A stretch of DNA of 64,000 nt from Macrostomum lignano (taxonomy: Eukaryota). The DNA lies in contig NIVC01002600.1 of the NCBI GenBank assembly GCA_002269645.1, positions 1-64,000 of the forward strand. Reading direction: 5' to 3'. Made by a program: the position numbers and the translations under genes. Every line of letters starts with the position of its first letter. Within the stretch, counting starts at the first letter, position 1. A model generated the notes under the pieces. It did no database searches. It was not told where the DNA came from and was given only the letters and a program-made list of their open reading frames with translations. Positions 24,214-38,084 of this stretch are shown one piece after another.

Positions 24214-27200
24214 ATGATTCTGCGATATCCTATGGCTCTAACGTTGCTGCTTTTATCTGCTGCTTCTTGTTCAACGCCTGCCATGGCGGAAGATCTTGAA
24301 GAAGATTTGTTTCACTTCTTTGGTAAGACAGTTCTCATGCTTGTTGTGCATACGTATTTAGCTTTGTAGTAGACTGACAGCTCAACCGTTTGTTGGCTGA
24401 AAATATCTAGGGCTAAACAGGTCTATGATACCAAACCTTCATGACTGAAACTCTCTATGACGGAAACTCTCTATGACGGAAACTCTCTATGACGGAAACT
24501 GTGGCTGGAATTCTCTATGACGGAAACTCTCTATGACTGAAACTGTGGCTGGAATTCTCTATGACGGAAATTCTCTATGACGGAAACTCTCTGACGGAAA
24601 CTCTCTATGACGGAAACTGTGGCTGGAATTCTCTATGACTGAAACTGTCTATGACTGAAACTGTGGCTGGAATTCTCTATGACGGAAATTCTCTATGACG
24701 AAAACTCTCTATGACGGAAACTCTCTATGACGGAAACTGTGGCTGGAATTCTCTATGACGGAAGCTCTCTATGACTGAAACTGTGGCTGGAATTCTCTAT
24801 GACGGAAACTCTCTATGACTGAAACTGTGGCTGGAATTCTCTATGACGGAAATTCGCTATGACGGAAACTCTCTATGACTGAAACTGTGGCTGGAATTCT
24901 CTATGATGGAAGCTCTCTATGACGGAAACTGTGGCTGGAATTCTCTATGACGAAAACTCTCTATGACGGAAACTGTGGCTGGAATTCTCTATGACTGAAA
25001 CTCTCTATGACGGAAACTGTGGCTGGAATTCTCTATGACGGAAACTCTCTATGACGGAAACTGTGGCTGGAGTTCTATATGACGGAAACTCTGTATGACT
25101 GAAACTGTGGCTGGAGTTTTATATGACGGAAACTCTCTATGACGGAAACTGTGGCTGGAATTCTCTATGACGGAAACTCTCTATGACTGAAACTGTGGCT
25201 GGAATTCTCTATGACTGAAACTGTCTATGACTGAAACTGTGGCTGGAATTCTCTATGACGGAAACTCTCTATGACGGAAACTGTGGCTGGAATTCTCTAT
25301 GACGGAAACTCTCTATGACTGAAACTGTGGCTGGAATTCTCTATGACGGAAGCTCTCTATGACTGAAACTGTGGCTGGAATTCTCTATGACGGAAGCTCT
25401 CTATGAATGAAACTGTGGCTGGAATTCTCTATGACGGAAGCTCTCTATGACTGAAACTGTGGCTGGAATTCTCTATGACGGAAGCTCTCTATGACTGAAA
25501 CTGTGGCTGGAATTCTCTATGACTGAAACTCTCTATGACGGAAACTGTGGCTGGAATTCTCTATGACGGAAACTCTCTATGACGGAAACTGTGGCTGGAG
25601 TTCTATATGACGGAAACTCTGTATGACTGAAACTGTGGCTGGAGTTTTATATGACGGAAACTCTCTATGACGGAAACTGTGGCTGGAATTCTCTATGACG
25701 GAAACTCTCTATGACTGAAACTGTGGCTGGAATTCTTTATGACGGAAACTCTATGACTGAAACTGTGGCTGGAATTCTCTATGACGGAAGCTCTCTATGA
25801 CTGAAACTGTGGCTGGAATTCTCTATGACGGAAGCTCTCTATGACTGAAACTGTGGCTGGAATTCTCTATGACGGAAGCTCTCTATGACCGAAACTCTTT
25901 ATGACCGAAACTCTCTATGACCGAAACTCTTTATGACCGAAACTCTTTATGACCGAAACTTCCTATGACCGAAACTCTTTGTGACTGAAACTATGGCTGG
26001 AATTCTCTATGACTGAAACTCTATGACCAAAACTCTCTACATGTATGACGGAAAATCTCCATGACCTAACTTACTGTAAACTCTCTGCGACCAAAACTCT
26101 CTATGACCAAAACTCTATGACCGAAAATATCCATGACCAAAACTTCACATTCGTAATATAAATAGCTTCTAATCTGGCTGCAAGGCGGCCGGAAGGTATC
26201 CGAATATTTTTTGCAACATATAATCGTAGCTTGCCTGGAAAATCTCAGAGCACATTTTTGCCAACATTAAATGCCAGTGCATATTTGTTGAAATTGCATG
26301 CCAATGATAAAGGACTACTATTATTAGAAAGAAAGCCGATAATAAATAAGTCAGCTGGTAAGTCCTTTTTTAAAAGTTCAAATGCACGCCAGCTCTCCGT
26401 TTAAGTGGCAGGTAAAACGGGGTAAGGTTTATTCAAGATAGGCTTGCCAAGTGCTTAAATTGGCAGGACTTTTTCTGCATGAATTTGCAAGAGAAGTTAG
26501 TACTAATGGCATGCTGTGCTGTGCTTAGAATATACCCGTTCGTCTATGCTACTTTTGTGAGTAATTAATCCAAGTAAGAACAACTTTCTTAACGAATAAC
26601 AGATTAAATGATAATTGTTAAATAATTTGAGCGAAAATTTGAGTGGTTTTTCAGTTTTCAGATTCCATTTATAGTTTTGTCAATGGTAACTGGTTGTTAT
26701 AGAAACTTTTTAGTTGCCTTGCCCCCAAGGAAGCTATTGGTTGCTATGTGAAGCTACTGGTTGCTATGTGAAGCTACTAGTTGCTATGTGAAACTACTAG
26801 TTGCTATGTGAAGCTACTGGTTGCTATGTGAAGCTATTGGTTGCTATGTGAAGCTACTGGTTGCTATGTGAAGCTATTGGTTGCTATGTGAAGCTACTGG
26901 TTGCTATGTGAAGCTACTGGTTGCTATGTGAAGGTGTCAGCTCCTGACAGTTGTTAAGCACGTTGCTACGCCTGAACCCCTCAGACGAGTTCAAGCACGA
27001 ATGCGTGCGCAACTGCTCAGCTGATCCGGGACCCCGCGAATGCCGCTACCGCATCCGCCTGGAGTGGTTCATGACCATGTCCAAAGCCTGCTTCGACTGC
27101 CCCCGAAACCTCACCGACTGCTTCCGGCCTCACTGCATCACCGGGGACGGCGTGGAGCGGGCCCTGCTCAGCGTGAACCGCCAGCTCAGCGGCCCCGGGA

Positions 27201-30200
27201 TTCACGTCTGCGAGGGCGACACCGTGATAGCGGAGGTGCACAACTTCATGGAAATGGGAGAGGGAACCTCCGTACACTGGCACGGCATGCACCAGGTGGG
27301 GACGCAACACATGGACGGCGTTTCCATGGTAACGCAGTGCCCCATTAATGCGCACTCGTCATTCACCTACAGGTTTGAAGTCCACATTTGCCTACCTGCT
27401 AACACACATGTGCACATCTATGCACCTAACCAATCATGTTTCTACATACCTACTTCCTAATCCACCTACATCCCAACCTACTTACCAACCTACCTACCTA
27501 GCTACCGACCTGGCTACCGACCTACCTACCTACCTACCAACCTACCCACAAAACCTACCGACCTACCTACCTACCTAGCTACCGACCTACCTACCGACCT
27601 ACATACCTACCTAGCTACAGACCTACCTACCTACCTAGCTACAGACCTACCTACCTACCTAGCTACAGACCTACCTACCTACCTACCTACCTGCCCACCC
27701 CAGGTTCGCAGCGTCCCCGGCCGGGACGCACTACTGGCACTCGCACTCCGGTCTGCAGCGCAGCGAGGGCATCTTCGGCCCGCTGGTGGTCCGGCAGGCC
27801 GCGGACCCCCACGCCGGCCTGTATGACACCGACCAGCCGGAGCACACGCTGCTGCTCTCCGATTGGTTCCACGAACTCGGAGCCACCAAATTCGCTGCTC
27901 ACCATTACTCTAACGGGGATAACAAGCCGAAAGGCCTGATCATTAATGGTGGGCCAATAAATCATATTCATCTTTTAGGATTTTCTTTTCAAAAATGTAG
28001 CAATTTTTAGGAACTTTTCAAAATCCACCTAATGCTCACGATTTCTAATCCTTATCTATTTATGTTTCCTAATTCTTTATCCACATAGCGGACTAATCCA
28101 AATCGACTATTCCATGATCATTAATCCTTATCCAGTTTTCCTAAATCCCTACCGAATACCAATCGTCTGTTTCCTAATCTCTAGCTCGTACTACTGTTGA
28201 TGCTTAATCCCAGTAGACCGCTTCTTTAAACCCTAATCCACATCGTCTTTTACCAATCCCTAATCCCTAATCCCTTAATCCATAATCCCTAATCTCTAAT
28301 CACTAACCTCTAATCCCTAATCCCTAATCCCTTAATCCATAATCCCTAATCTCTAATCACTAACCTCTAATCCCTAATCCCTAATCTCTAATCACTAATC
28401 CCTAATCCCTAATCCATAATCCCTAATCTCTAATCTCTAATCTCTAATCCTTAATCTTGAATCCCTACTCGCTAGTCCCTAATCCTTAATTCTAATGCCT
28501 ATTCCCAATCTCTGATAGCTAATCTTCAATCTAATCCCGAACCTCTAATACCTGATCTCTAATATCTAACCCCCTAGACTTTGTGATCTCTAATATCTAA
28601 CCCCCTAGACTTTGTGATCTCTAATATCTAACCCCTAGACTTTGTGATCTCTAATATCTAACCCCCTAGACTTTGTGATCTCTAATATCTAACCCCCTAG
28701 ACTTTGTGATCTCTAATATCTAACCCCTAGACTTTGTGATCTCTAATATCTAACCCCCTAGACTTTGTGATCTCTAATATCTAACCCCCTAGACTTTGTG
28801 ATCTCTAATATCTAACCCCCTAGACTTTGTGATCTCTAATATCTAACCCCCTAGACTTTGTGATCTCTAATATCTAACCCCTAGACTTTGTGATCTCTAA
28901 TATCTAACCCCCTAGACTTTGTGATCTCTAATATCTAACCCCCTAGACTTTGTGATCTCTAATATCTAACCCCCTAGACTTTGTGATCTCTAATATCTAA
29001 CCCCCTAGACTTTGTGATCTCTAATATCTAACCCCCTAGACTTTGTGATCTCTAATAGCTAACCCCCTAGACTTTGTGATCTCTAATATCTAACCCCCTA
29101 GACTTTGTGATCTCTAATATCTAACCCCCTAGACTTTGTGATCTCTAATATCTAACCCCCTAGACTTTGTGATCTCTAATATCTAACCCCCTAGACTTTG
29201 TGATCTCTAATATCTAACCCCCTAGACTTTGTGATCTCTAATATCTAACCCCCTAGACTTTGTGATCTCTAATATCTAACCCCTAGACTTTGTGATCTCT
29301 AATATCTAACCCCCTAGACTTTGTGATCTCTAATATCTAACCCCTAGACTTTGTGATCTCTAATATCTAACCTCCTAGACTTTGTGATCTCTAATATCTA
29401 ACCCCCTAGACTTTGTGATCTCTAATATCTAACCCCTAGACTTTGTGATCTCTAATATCTAACCCCCTAGACTTTGTGATCTCTAATATCTAACCCCCTA
29501 GACTTTGTGATCTCTAATATCTAACCCCCTAGACTTTGTGATCTCTAATATCTAACCCCCTAGACTTTGTGATCTCTAATATCTAACCCCCTAGACTTTG
29601 TGATCTCTAATATCTAACCCCCTAGACTTTGTGATCTCTAATATCTAACCCCCTAGACTTTGTGATCTCTAATATCTAACCCCCTAGACTTTGTGATCTC
29701 TAATATCTAACCCCCTAGACTTTGTGATCTCTAATATCTAACCCCCTAGACTTTGTGATCTCTAATATCTAACCCCCTAGACTTTGTGATCGCTACTCGC
29801 CGTCCCCCCAGGCCGAGGCGCCTTCGCCCCCAGCTCCGCCAGCGACCCCCAAACTCCCCGCTACGTGCTCCGAGTTCGCAGCGGCCTTCGCCACCGAGTT
29901 CGCGTCATTAGCAACGCCATCCTCAACTGCCCGTTCGTGCTGTCTGTCGCCAACCACAGCCTGCTGGTCATCGCCACAGACGGCGCCCCAGTGGTGCCGA
30001 TCGAGGTCGACTCGCTGATCATATACGCCGGCGAGCGCTTTGACTTCGTGCTGACGGCGGACCGACCGCCTGGCAACTACCTGCTGATGGTGGCCGGCCT
30101 GGCCGACTGCGACTCCCGCTTCACCATGGCCAGGTTCGCTTGGGGAGATAAGGGATTCGCCAATTTTTAGTATGAGATTTGCGATTCTGAGTGTTAGGAC

Positions 30201-33200
30201 TTGGGATTTGCGATTCTGAGTGTTAGGACTTGGGATTTGAGATTCGGATGTTGCGATCTATAATTTGGAGTATAAAACTAGGGATTTTTAAGCATTGGAT
30301 TTGGGATTCGGACTATGGAGGTGGGATCTGGGATTTTGATATATGATATGAGATATTTGATATGGGATAAGTGATATAGGATATGGGATACGGGATATAG
30401 GATGTGGGAACTGGGATGAAGGATATGGGATATTGGGTGTGGGGTATGGGATATCAGATGTGTGGTATGTGGTATGGGATGTGAGGTAAGGGATATGAAA
30501 TCTGGGGTATGGGATATCGGATGTGTGGTATGGGGTATGGAGTAAGGGATGTGAGGTATGAGATTTGAGATCTGGGGTGCGGGATATAGGGTGTGGGGTA
30601 TGGGATGTAGGGTATGGGATATGAGACCTGGGGTATAGGATATGGGGTGTGGGGTATGGGATATGGGGTGTGGGGTATGGGATATGGGGTGTGGGGTATG
30701 GGATATGGGGTGTGAGGTATGGGATATGGGGTGTGGGGTATGGGATATGGGGTGTGGGGTATGGGAAATGGGGTGTGAGGTATGGGATATGGGGTGTGGG
30801 GTATGGGATATGGGGTGTGGGGTATGGGATATGGGGTGTGGGGTATGGGAAATGGGATATGAGATACTTGAAAAGTCCAAATCCCCACCCCACCGCCAGG
30901 CAGTCCGCCATCGTGAGCTACGCCGGTATCGACGAGACGCCACTGCAGGGCGCCGGGAACCCAGCCTACTCGGACATGCTCGGCCGGCCGGGAGGCCGTC
31001 AGCTGAATCCGTTCAACCGGGCGCCGGACGCGAATCACATCGACGTGACGTCGCTGCGGACGCCGGCCGGCTGGCCGCCGGCCGACCACCTGACCATTGA
31101 CGGTCCAGTTGACGCCAAGTTCTACCTGGCCTTCGATTTCGAGGTGGTGAACAACAGCCGCTACCACCACCCGGCCTATTACCCCATCAGCGCCGTCAGG
31201 AAGTCCGACGGTCACTTGTACACGCCGCAGATTAACAATGTCGCTTTGCACATGCCGCCGGCGCCGCTGCTGTACCAGTTTGACGATGTGCTGCAGGTAG
31301 GCCGTTGGGATTTTTGGGATCAACCATTTGGATCATTGGGATCAAACATTGGGATCATTGGGATCATTGGGATCAACCAATGGGATCATTGGGATCATTG
31401 GGATCAACCATTGGGATCATTGGGATCAACCATTGGGATCATTGGGATCAACCATTGGGATCATTGGGATCATTGGGATCAACCAATGGGATCATTGGGA
31501 TCATTGGATTAAACATTGGTATCATTGGGATCGTTGGGATCATTGGGATCAACCATTGGGATCATTGGGATCAAACATGGGTATCATTGGGATCATTGAG
31601 ATCAATATTTGGATCATTAGGATTAACATTGGGATCATTGGGATCAACATTGGGATCATTGAGATCGAAATATAGGGATCATTGGGATCAACCATTGGGA
31701 TCATTTGGATCATTGGATCAAACATTGGTATCATTGGGATCAAACATGGGTATCATTGAGACAAAACATTGGGATTATTGAGATCAACCATTGGGATCAT
31801 TGGATCAAACATTGGGATCATTGAGATCGAAATACTGGGATCATTGGGATCAACCATTGGGATCATTGGAATCAATTATTGGAATCATTGAGATCATTAT
31901 TTGGATCAAACATTGGGATCATTGGGATCATTGGGATCAAAAATTGGGATCTGGATCTGTAGGACCGAACGAAGGTCCCTCCACTCTGCCGCCGTTCCCG
32001 CAGTCGCACATTTGCAACAACACCGATTTCGATCCCAGCTTGGAGACCGAATTCAAGGCCTGCCACCACGGTCTCCGCCTGGGCGTCAATAAGACGGTGG
32101 AGCTGGTGCTCATCGACAAAGGCTTCACCTTCGATGCCAGCCACCCATTCCACCTGCACGGCCATTACTTTCGCGTTATCGGAATGGAAAAGGTAAATAT
32201 TGTCGAGATCCTGAGGACCAACAGGGGAATCCCTGGGATCAACAGGAGAATCCTTCAGATTAACAGGGGGAATCCTCGAGGTAAACATGGGAATCCTCGA
32301 GATTTACATGGGCATCCTCGGGGTAAACATGGGGATCCTCGAGATTAATATAGGGAATCCTCGAGATCAACATGGGGAATCCTTGAGATCAACAGGGGCA
32401 TCCTTGGGATCAACAGGGGAATCCTTAAGATCAATAGGGGCATTCTCGAGATCAGCAGGGGAATCCTCAAGATCAACAGGGGAATCCTTAAGATCAACGA
32501 GGGAATCCTTGGGATCAACAAGGGAATCCTTAGGATCAACAAAGGAATTCTCGAGATCAACAAAGGAATTCTCGAGATCAACAAGGGAATCCTTAAGATC
32601 AACAGGGGAATCCTTATGATCAGCAAGGGAATCCTTGGAATCAACAAGGGAATCCTTAGGATCAACAAGGGAACTCTCGAGATCAACAAGGGAATTCTCA
32701 AGATCAACAGGGGAATCCTTGAGATCAACAGGGGAATCCTCGAGATCAACAGGGGAATCCTCGAGATCAACAGGGGAATCCTCGAGATCAACAGGGGAAT
32801 CCTTGTCATCAACAAGGGGAATCCTTCAGATCAACAGGGGAATCCTTGAGATCAACAGGGGAATCCTCGAGATCAACAGGGGAATCCATGAAACAAAGGA
32901 GTGTTAAGTCCATGACCCAGTACGTCAAGTTCAGGACCCAGTGTGACATAATTATTTCATTTTTTTATTCATAGCTCGGCAAAAACGTTTCTGTTGCCGA
33001 GGTGAAGAGGCGGGACTCGGCCGGCCTGTTACGCAGGAATCTGGACAGACCGGTGATGAAGGACACCGTGATTGTGCCCGACGGGGGCTACACTGTGCTG
33101 CGGTTTCGCACCGACAATCCTGGTGAGGGACTGGCAGAGAAAAAGGGGAGAGCTTGATATAAAGTAAGATGGATAGAGTGAGATAGACAGTGACATAGAC

Positions 33201-34311
33201 AGTGAGATAGACAGTGAGATAGTGAGATAGACAGCGAGAGAGTGAGATAGACAGCGAGAGAGTGAGATAAGACAGCGAGAGAGTGAGATAAGACAGTGAG
33301 GGAGTGAGATAGACAGCGAGAGAGTGAGATAGACAGCGAGAGAGTGAGATAGACAGCGAGAGAGTGAGATAGACAGCGAGAGAGTGAGATAGACAGCGAG
33401 AGAGTGAGATAGACAGCGGAGAGTGAGATAGACAGCGAGAGAGTGAGATAGACAGCGAGAGAGTGAGATAGACAGCGAGAGAGTGAGATAAGACAGCGAG
33501 AGAGTGAGATAGACAGCGAGAGAGTGAGATAGACAGTGAGAGTGAGATAGACAGCGAGAGAGTGAGATAGACAGCGAGAGAGTGAGATAGACAGCGAGAG
33601 AGTAAGATAGACAGCGAGAGAGTGAGATAGACAGCGAGAGAGTGAGATAAGACAGCGAGAGAGTGAGATAGACAGCGAGAGAGTGAGATAGACAGTGAGA
33701 GAGTAAGATAGACAGCGAGAGAGTGAGATAGACAGCGAGAGAGTGAGATAGACAGCGAGAGAGTGAGATAGACAGCGAGAGAGTGAGATAGACAGCGAGA
33801 GAGTGAGATAAGACAGCGAGAGAGTGAGATAAGACAGTGAGGGAGTGAGATAAAACAGCGAGAGAGAGATAGACAGCGAGAGAGTGAGATAGACAGTGAG
33901 AGTGAGATAGACAACGAGAGAGTGAGATAGACAGCGAGAGAGTGAGATAAAACAGCGAGAGAGAGATAGACAGCGAGAGAGTGAGATAAGACAGCGAGAG
34001 AGTGAGATAGACAGCGAGAGAGTGAGATAAGACAGCGAGCCCGGTTTTCTTTCGCAGGCGTATGGCTGCTGCACTGCCACCTGGAGTTCCACGTGGAGAT
34101 CGGCATGGGGCTGCTGCTGCTGGTGGGAGACGCGGCCAGCTGGTCAGCCGGGGTGCCCGCAAACTTCCCGCGCTGCGGCAGCTGGAAGGGTCCGGGGCCG
34201 GACAGGCGCTGGCAGCAGAGGGAGCTGAGACTGGCCGAGACTCACCGGCTGCACATGACGGCTCTGGGGCTGGCTGCCGCTGGCGCTGTGCTGCTCGCTG
34301 CCCTGCTGTGA
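24214..34311 (+). CDS. Laccase / three-domain multicopper oxidase (arthropod laccase-like); exons 24214-24322, 26985-27372, 27704-27948, 29812-30133, 30900-31296, 32004-32192, 32975-33122, 34058-34311 (683 aa)
   Basis: Signal peptide; Cys-rich N-terminal region; SVHWHG..Q..MDG...TQCPI; GTHYWHSH; HPFHLHG; KDT..VP.GGY...[19 protein letters not shown]; hydrophobic C-terminal tail. Exons sum to 2052 nt with all phases consistent. Confidence 0.95.
24440..26150 (+). repeat. Composite minisatellite of CTATGACGGAAACTCT (16 bp) and CTATGACGGAAACTGTGGCTGGAATTCT units (laccase intron 1)
   Basis: Direct reading. Confidence 0.95.
26730..26935 (+). repeat. 20-bp repeat CTACTGGTTGCTATGTGAAG (laccase intron 1)
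   Basis: Direct reading. Confidence 0.95.
27440..27695 (+). repeat. Degenerate (TACC)n tract (laccase intron 2)
   Basis: Direct reading. Confidence 0.9.
28255..28500 (+). repeat. Degenerate (CCCTAAT)n heptamer, telomere-like
   Basis: CCCTAATCCCTAATCCCTTAATCCATAATCCCTAATCTCTAAT... Confidence 0.85.
28555..29790 (+). repeat. 31-bp minisatellite CTCTAATATCTAACCCCCTAGACTTTGTGAT, about 40 near-identical copies (laccase intron 3)
   Basis: Direct reading; variation is almost only in C-run length. Confidence 0.98.
30300..30860 (+). repeat. G-rich 21-bp repeat GGGGTATGGGATATGGGGTGT (laccase intron 4)
   Basis: Direct reading. Confidence 0.93.
31305..31945 (+). repeat. 9-bp-based repeat GGGATCATT/GGGATCAACCATT (laccase intron 5)
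   Basis: Direct reading. Confidence 0.93.
32200..32890 (+). repeat. 21-bp repeat GGGGAATCCTCGAGATCAACA (laccase intron 6)
   Basis: Direct reading. Confidence 0.93.
33170..34040 (+). repeat. 20-bp repeat GATAGACAGCGAGAGAGTGA (laccase intron 7)
   Basis: Direct reading. Confidence 0.96.
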
Positions 34312-34499
34312 GGCTTGTGGAAATTGTTTAAATAAAATGAAAATTCTTAGAAACGGGGCTTCGTTTCTTTTTTGTAATAAAGTTGGTGACTTTTCGAAAT
34401 TAGTATAGTAGCTCGTGCTCATTGAGAATAAATAGTATTGTGTTTTTAAAAATATGAATGCCGATTCTAAGAAATGCAGTGCTAGCTATAAATATAATG

Positions 34500-35150
34500 T
34501 CTACGCTCGTAATTTCTAAGAAAAATAGTACCGATTCTTAGAAATGAGTTGTCTACTCTTAGGAGCGAGAAGTTGGTTCTTAAAAAGGAGATGTTGACTC
34601 TTAGAAATGAGGCATTAAGTTCTTGGAAATGAGGTGCTTATTCTTAGAAAAAGAAGTATTGATTCTTAGAAAGTGGGTATTGATTATTTGAAAAATGAGG
34701 TATTGATTCTTTGAAATTGGTATTGATTCTTAGAAAAGCGGTATTGATTCTTAGAAAAGTGGTATTGATTCTTAGAAAATTGGTATTGATTCTTAGAAAA
34801 GTGATATTGATTCTTAGAAAAGTGGTATTGATTCTTAGAAAAGTGGTATTTATTCTTAGAAAAGCGGTATTTATTCTTAGAAAAGCGGTATTGATTCTTA
34901 GAAAAGCGGTATTGATTCTTTGAATAATGAGGCATTGATTCTTAGAAAAGCGGTATTGATTCTTTGAATAATGAGGCATTGATTCTTAGAAAAGCGGTAT
35001 TAGTTCTTTGAAGAGGTATTGATTCCTAGAAAAGCGGTATTGATTCTTTGAAAAGAGGTTATGATTCTTAGAAAAGAAGGCATTCTTAGGCATTGATTTT
35101 TAGAAAAGTGGTATTGATGCTTTTAAAAAGTGTGGTATTGTTTCTTAGAA
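34500..35150 (+). repeat. 21-bp repeat GTATTGATTCTTAGAAAAG(C/T)G
   Basis: Direct reading; degenerate ends. Confidence 0.9.
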
Positions 35151-35422
35151 GTTAGAAGAGAAGTTATTTTCACAATTTTCAATATACATATAAGAAAAAA
35201 GCGAATTGGTCGGACAGCATCTGAAATTCGTGCATTTTTCTTTCCCAAATTTGCAGCTCCGTTTTCCTGACCAGGCGATTCGGCCTCCGCTCCAATCCAG
35301 TGCAGAACATTGAGACAGTGAGCGAAGCTGTCAGCTACGGCTCTCTGAAGGCGCCTCAGCTCACCTTCTGATTCTCAATTCAAATTTGGAGGGCTTCAGG
35401 CAGCTGCGGTTTTATTGAGTGA

Positions 35423-36110
<688 letters not shown>

Positions 36111-36709
36111 TTAATTGACCTTGACTGTATTCTACTATGCCTGCTGTACAAAAAATATATAATCTAGTGTAACGCTTGAATTTTAAAACGTGCTTGAAGT
36201 TGAAATCGTATTTTCTTAATTTTTCGACAACTGCGTGTTGCTACTTACAGTAGGTCAATTGCGCACGCAGTTACCATGGGTTTTTTATTCTTTTAAACTT
36301 TCGAAATTGTCTATAATGCTCGCAGACAATTGTCCAAGTTAGATCTCTTTGTCTTGGGGCGCACAACGGGGGGTCCGGTGGGGTCCGGTGCGAGGCAGGT
36401 GACTGTGCGGTTAAGCCTGGCTATTAGTAGCAATATAGAAAAATCCCCCCCGAGCTGACCAGATCAATTAGCATGAAGAGTGCGTGCCAATCTTCTGGCC
36501 AGGGGTTGTCTGGGCGCCTCCGCTGTCAGCTGCTGTCTGCAGGCCACCATGGGCCGCTGAAACCGGGGGGGGGCGACCGCAGCTTATTGAAGTTGAACTT
36601 GAAGTTGGGGAAAAGGCAAGATAGACATTATTTTGCGACAAGTGCGCTTTTGTGCAAATGGCAACTGTTGCTGAAACTTATTGCCTAGCGACTGCTATTA
36701 GTAACATCA

Positions 36710-37518
36710 GCAACCCACTCTATTCCTGCATCCATGATGTTGGCTAGACTAGCAATCCCTTTCTATTCCTGCATCCATGATGTTGGCTAGATTAGCAACC
36801 CATTCTATTCCTGCATCCATGATGTTGGCTAGATTAGCAACCCATTATATTCCTGCATCCATGATGTTGGCTAGATTAGCAACCCATTCTATTCCTGCAT
36901 CCATAATGTAAGCTAGATTAGCAATCCATTCTATTCCTGCATCCATGATGTTGGCTAGATTAGCAACCCATTCTATTCCTGCATCCATAATGTAAGCTAG
37001 ATTAGCAATCCATTCTATTCCTGCATCCATGATGTAGGCTAGATTAGCAATCCATTCTATTCCTGCATCCATGATGTTGGCTAGATTAGCAATCCATTCT
37101 ATTCCTGCATCCATGATGTTGGCTAGATTAGCAATCCATTCTATTCCTGCATCCATGATGTTGGCTAGATTAGCAATCCATTCTATTCCTGCATCCATGA
37201 TGTAGGCTAGATTAGCAATCCATTCTATTCCTGCATCCATGATGTAGGCTAGATTAGCAATCCATTCTATTCCTGCATCCATGATGTAGGCTAGATTAGC
37301 AATCCATTCTATTCCTGCATCCATGATGTTGGCTAGATTAGCAACCCATTCTATTCCTGCATCCATAATGTAAGCTAGATTAGCAATCCATTCTATTCCT
37401 GCATCCATGATGTTGGCTAGATTAGCAACCCATTCTATTCCTGCATCCATAATGTAAGCTAGATTAGCAATCCATTCTATTCCTGCATCCATGATGTAGG
37501 CTAGATTAGCAATCCATT
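36710..37518 (+). repeat. 42-bp minisatellite ATTCTATTCCTGCATCCATGATGTTGGCTAGATTAGCAA(T/C)CC, about 19 copies
   Basis: Direct reading; 14-aa periodicity in the ORF track. Confidence 0.97.
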
Positions 37519-38084
37519 AATTGGCACGTGCTCTGTGCATAAATTTGGCCAACTTAGTTTCCATCCATCACAGCAAACATAAAATGCCGATTTGTTTTAT
37601 TCATCTCTTTGCATTTCCTAGAAATTCAACCGTTTAAAATCGCGCCATCTCGCCGGCCGATAAAGTCGAGGCTGCCGCCGCATGCGCGCTCCTGTCGCTG
37701 GTCGCGTGGCCGTCAGCAGGGCGGCGTCACAAATCCAATGCTTGTTTTCATTGCCCTCCCGCGGGAGAATAAATATCTGGGTGGGGGGGGGGGATCACAG
37801 TTCTCTGAGCTGGATCCCCGTCACTGTCCTTCCACAGCCACCTCCACCCGCCAGCCGGCCATCTGTCGCGATGGGAGATGCTGACAGCTTAATTTGCTAT
37901 CAGAATCTCTGAAAACCGCCGTCTCCCTCTTTGAGCTCTGCATCACCTTTCTAAATTGATTCGACGTTAAGGCGGCTCACTGTTATTCTGATTGCGCGAT
38001 GGTATTAAGACTTTTTCCTTATGATGGGATCTCTGCCTTTGCATTCGAGTTGCTTCGAAAACTTGTCACCTAAGCATGGGACTC

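Noticed and set aside
26951-26984. Laccase exon 2 starting at 26951 as in the ORF track
   Set aside because: Phase-incompatible with exon 1 (phase 1); the CCCCTCAG acceptor at 26984 gives the correct frame.
5971-34311. Operon-like co-oriented gene cluster
   Set aside because: Genes are separated by 5-16 kb with no functional link evident; co-orientation of four genes is unremarkable.
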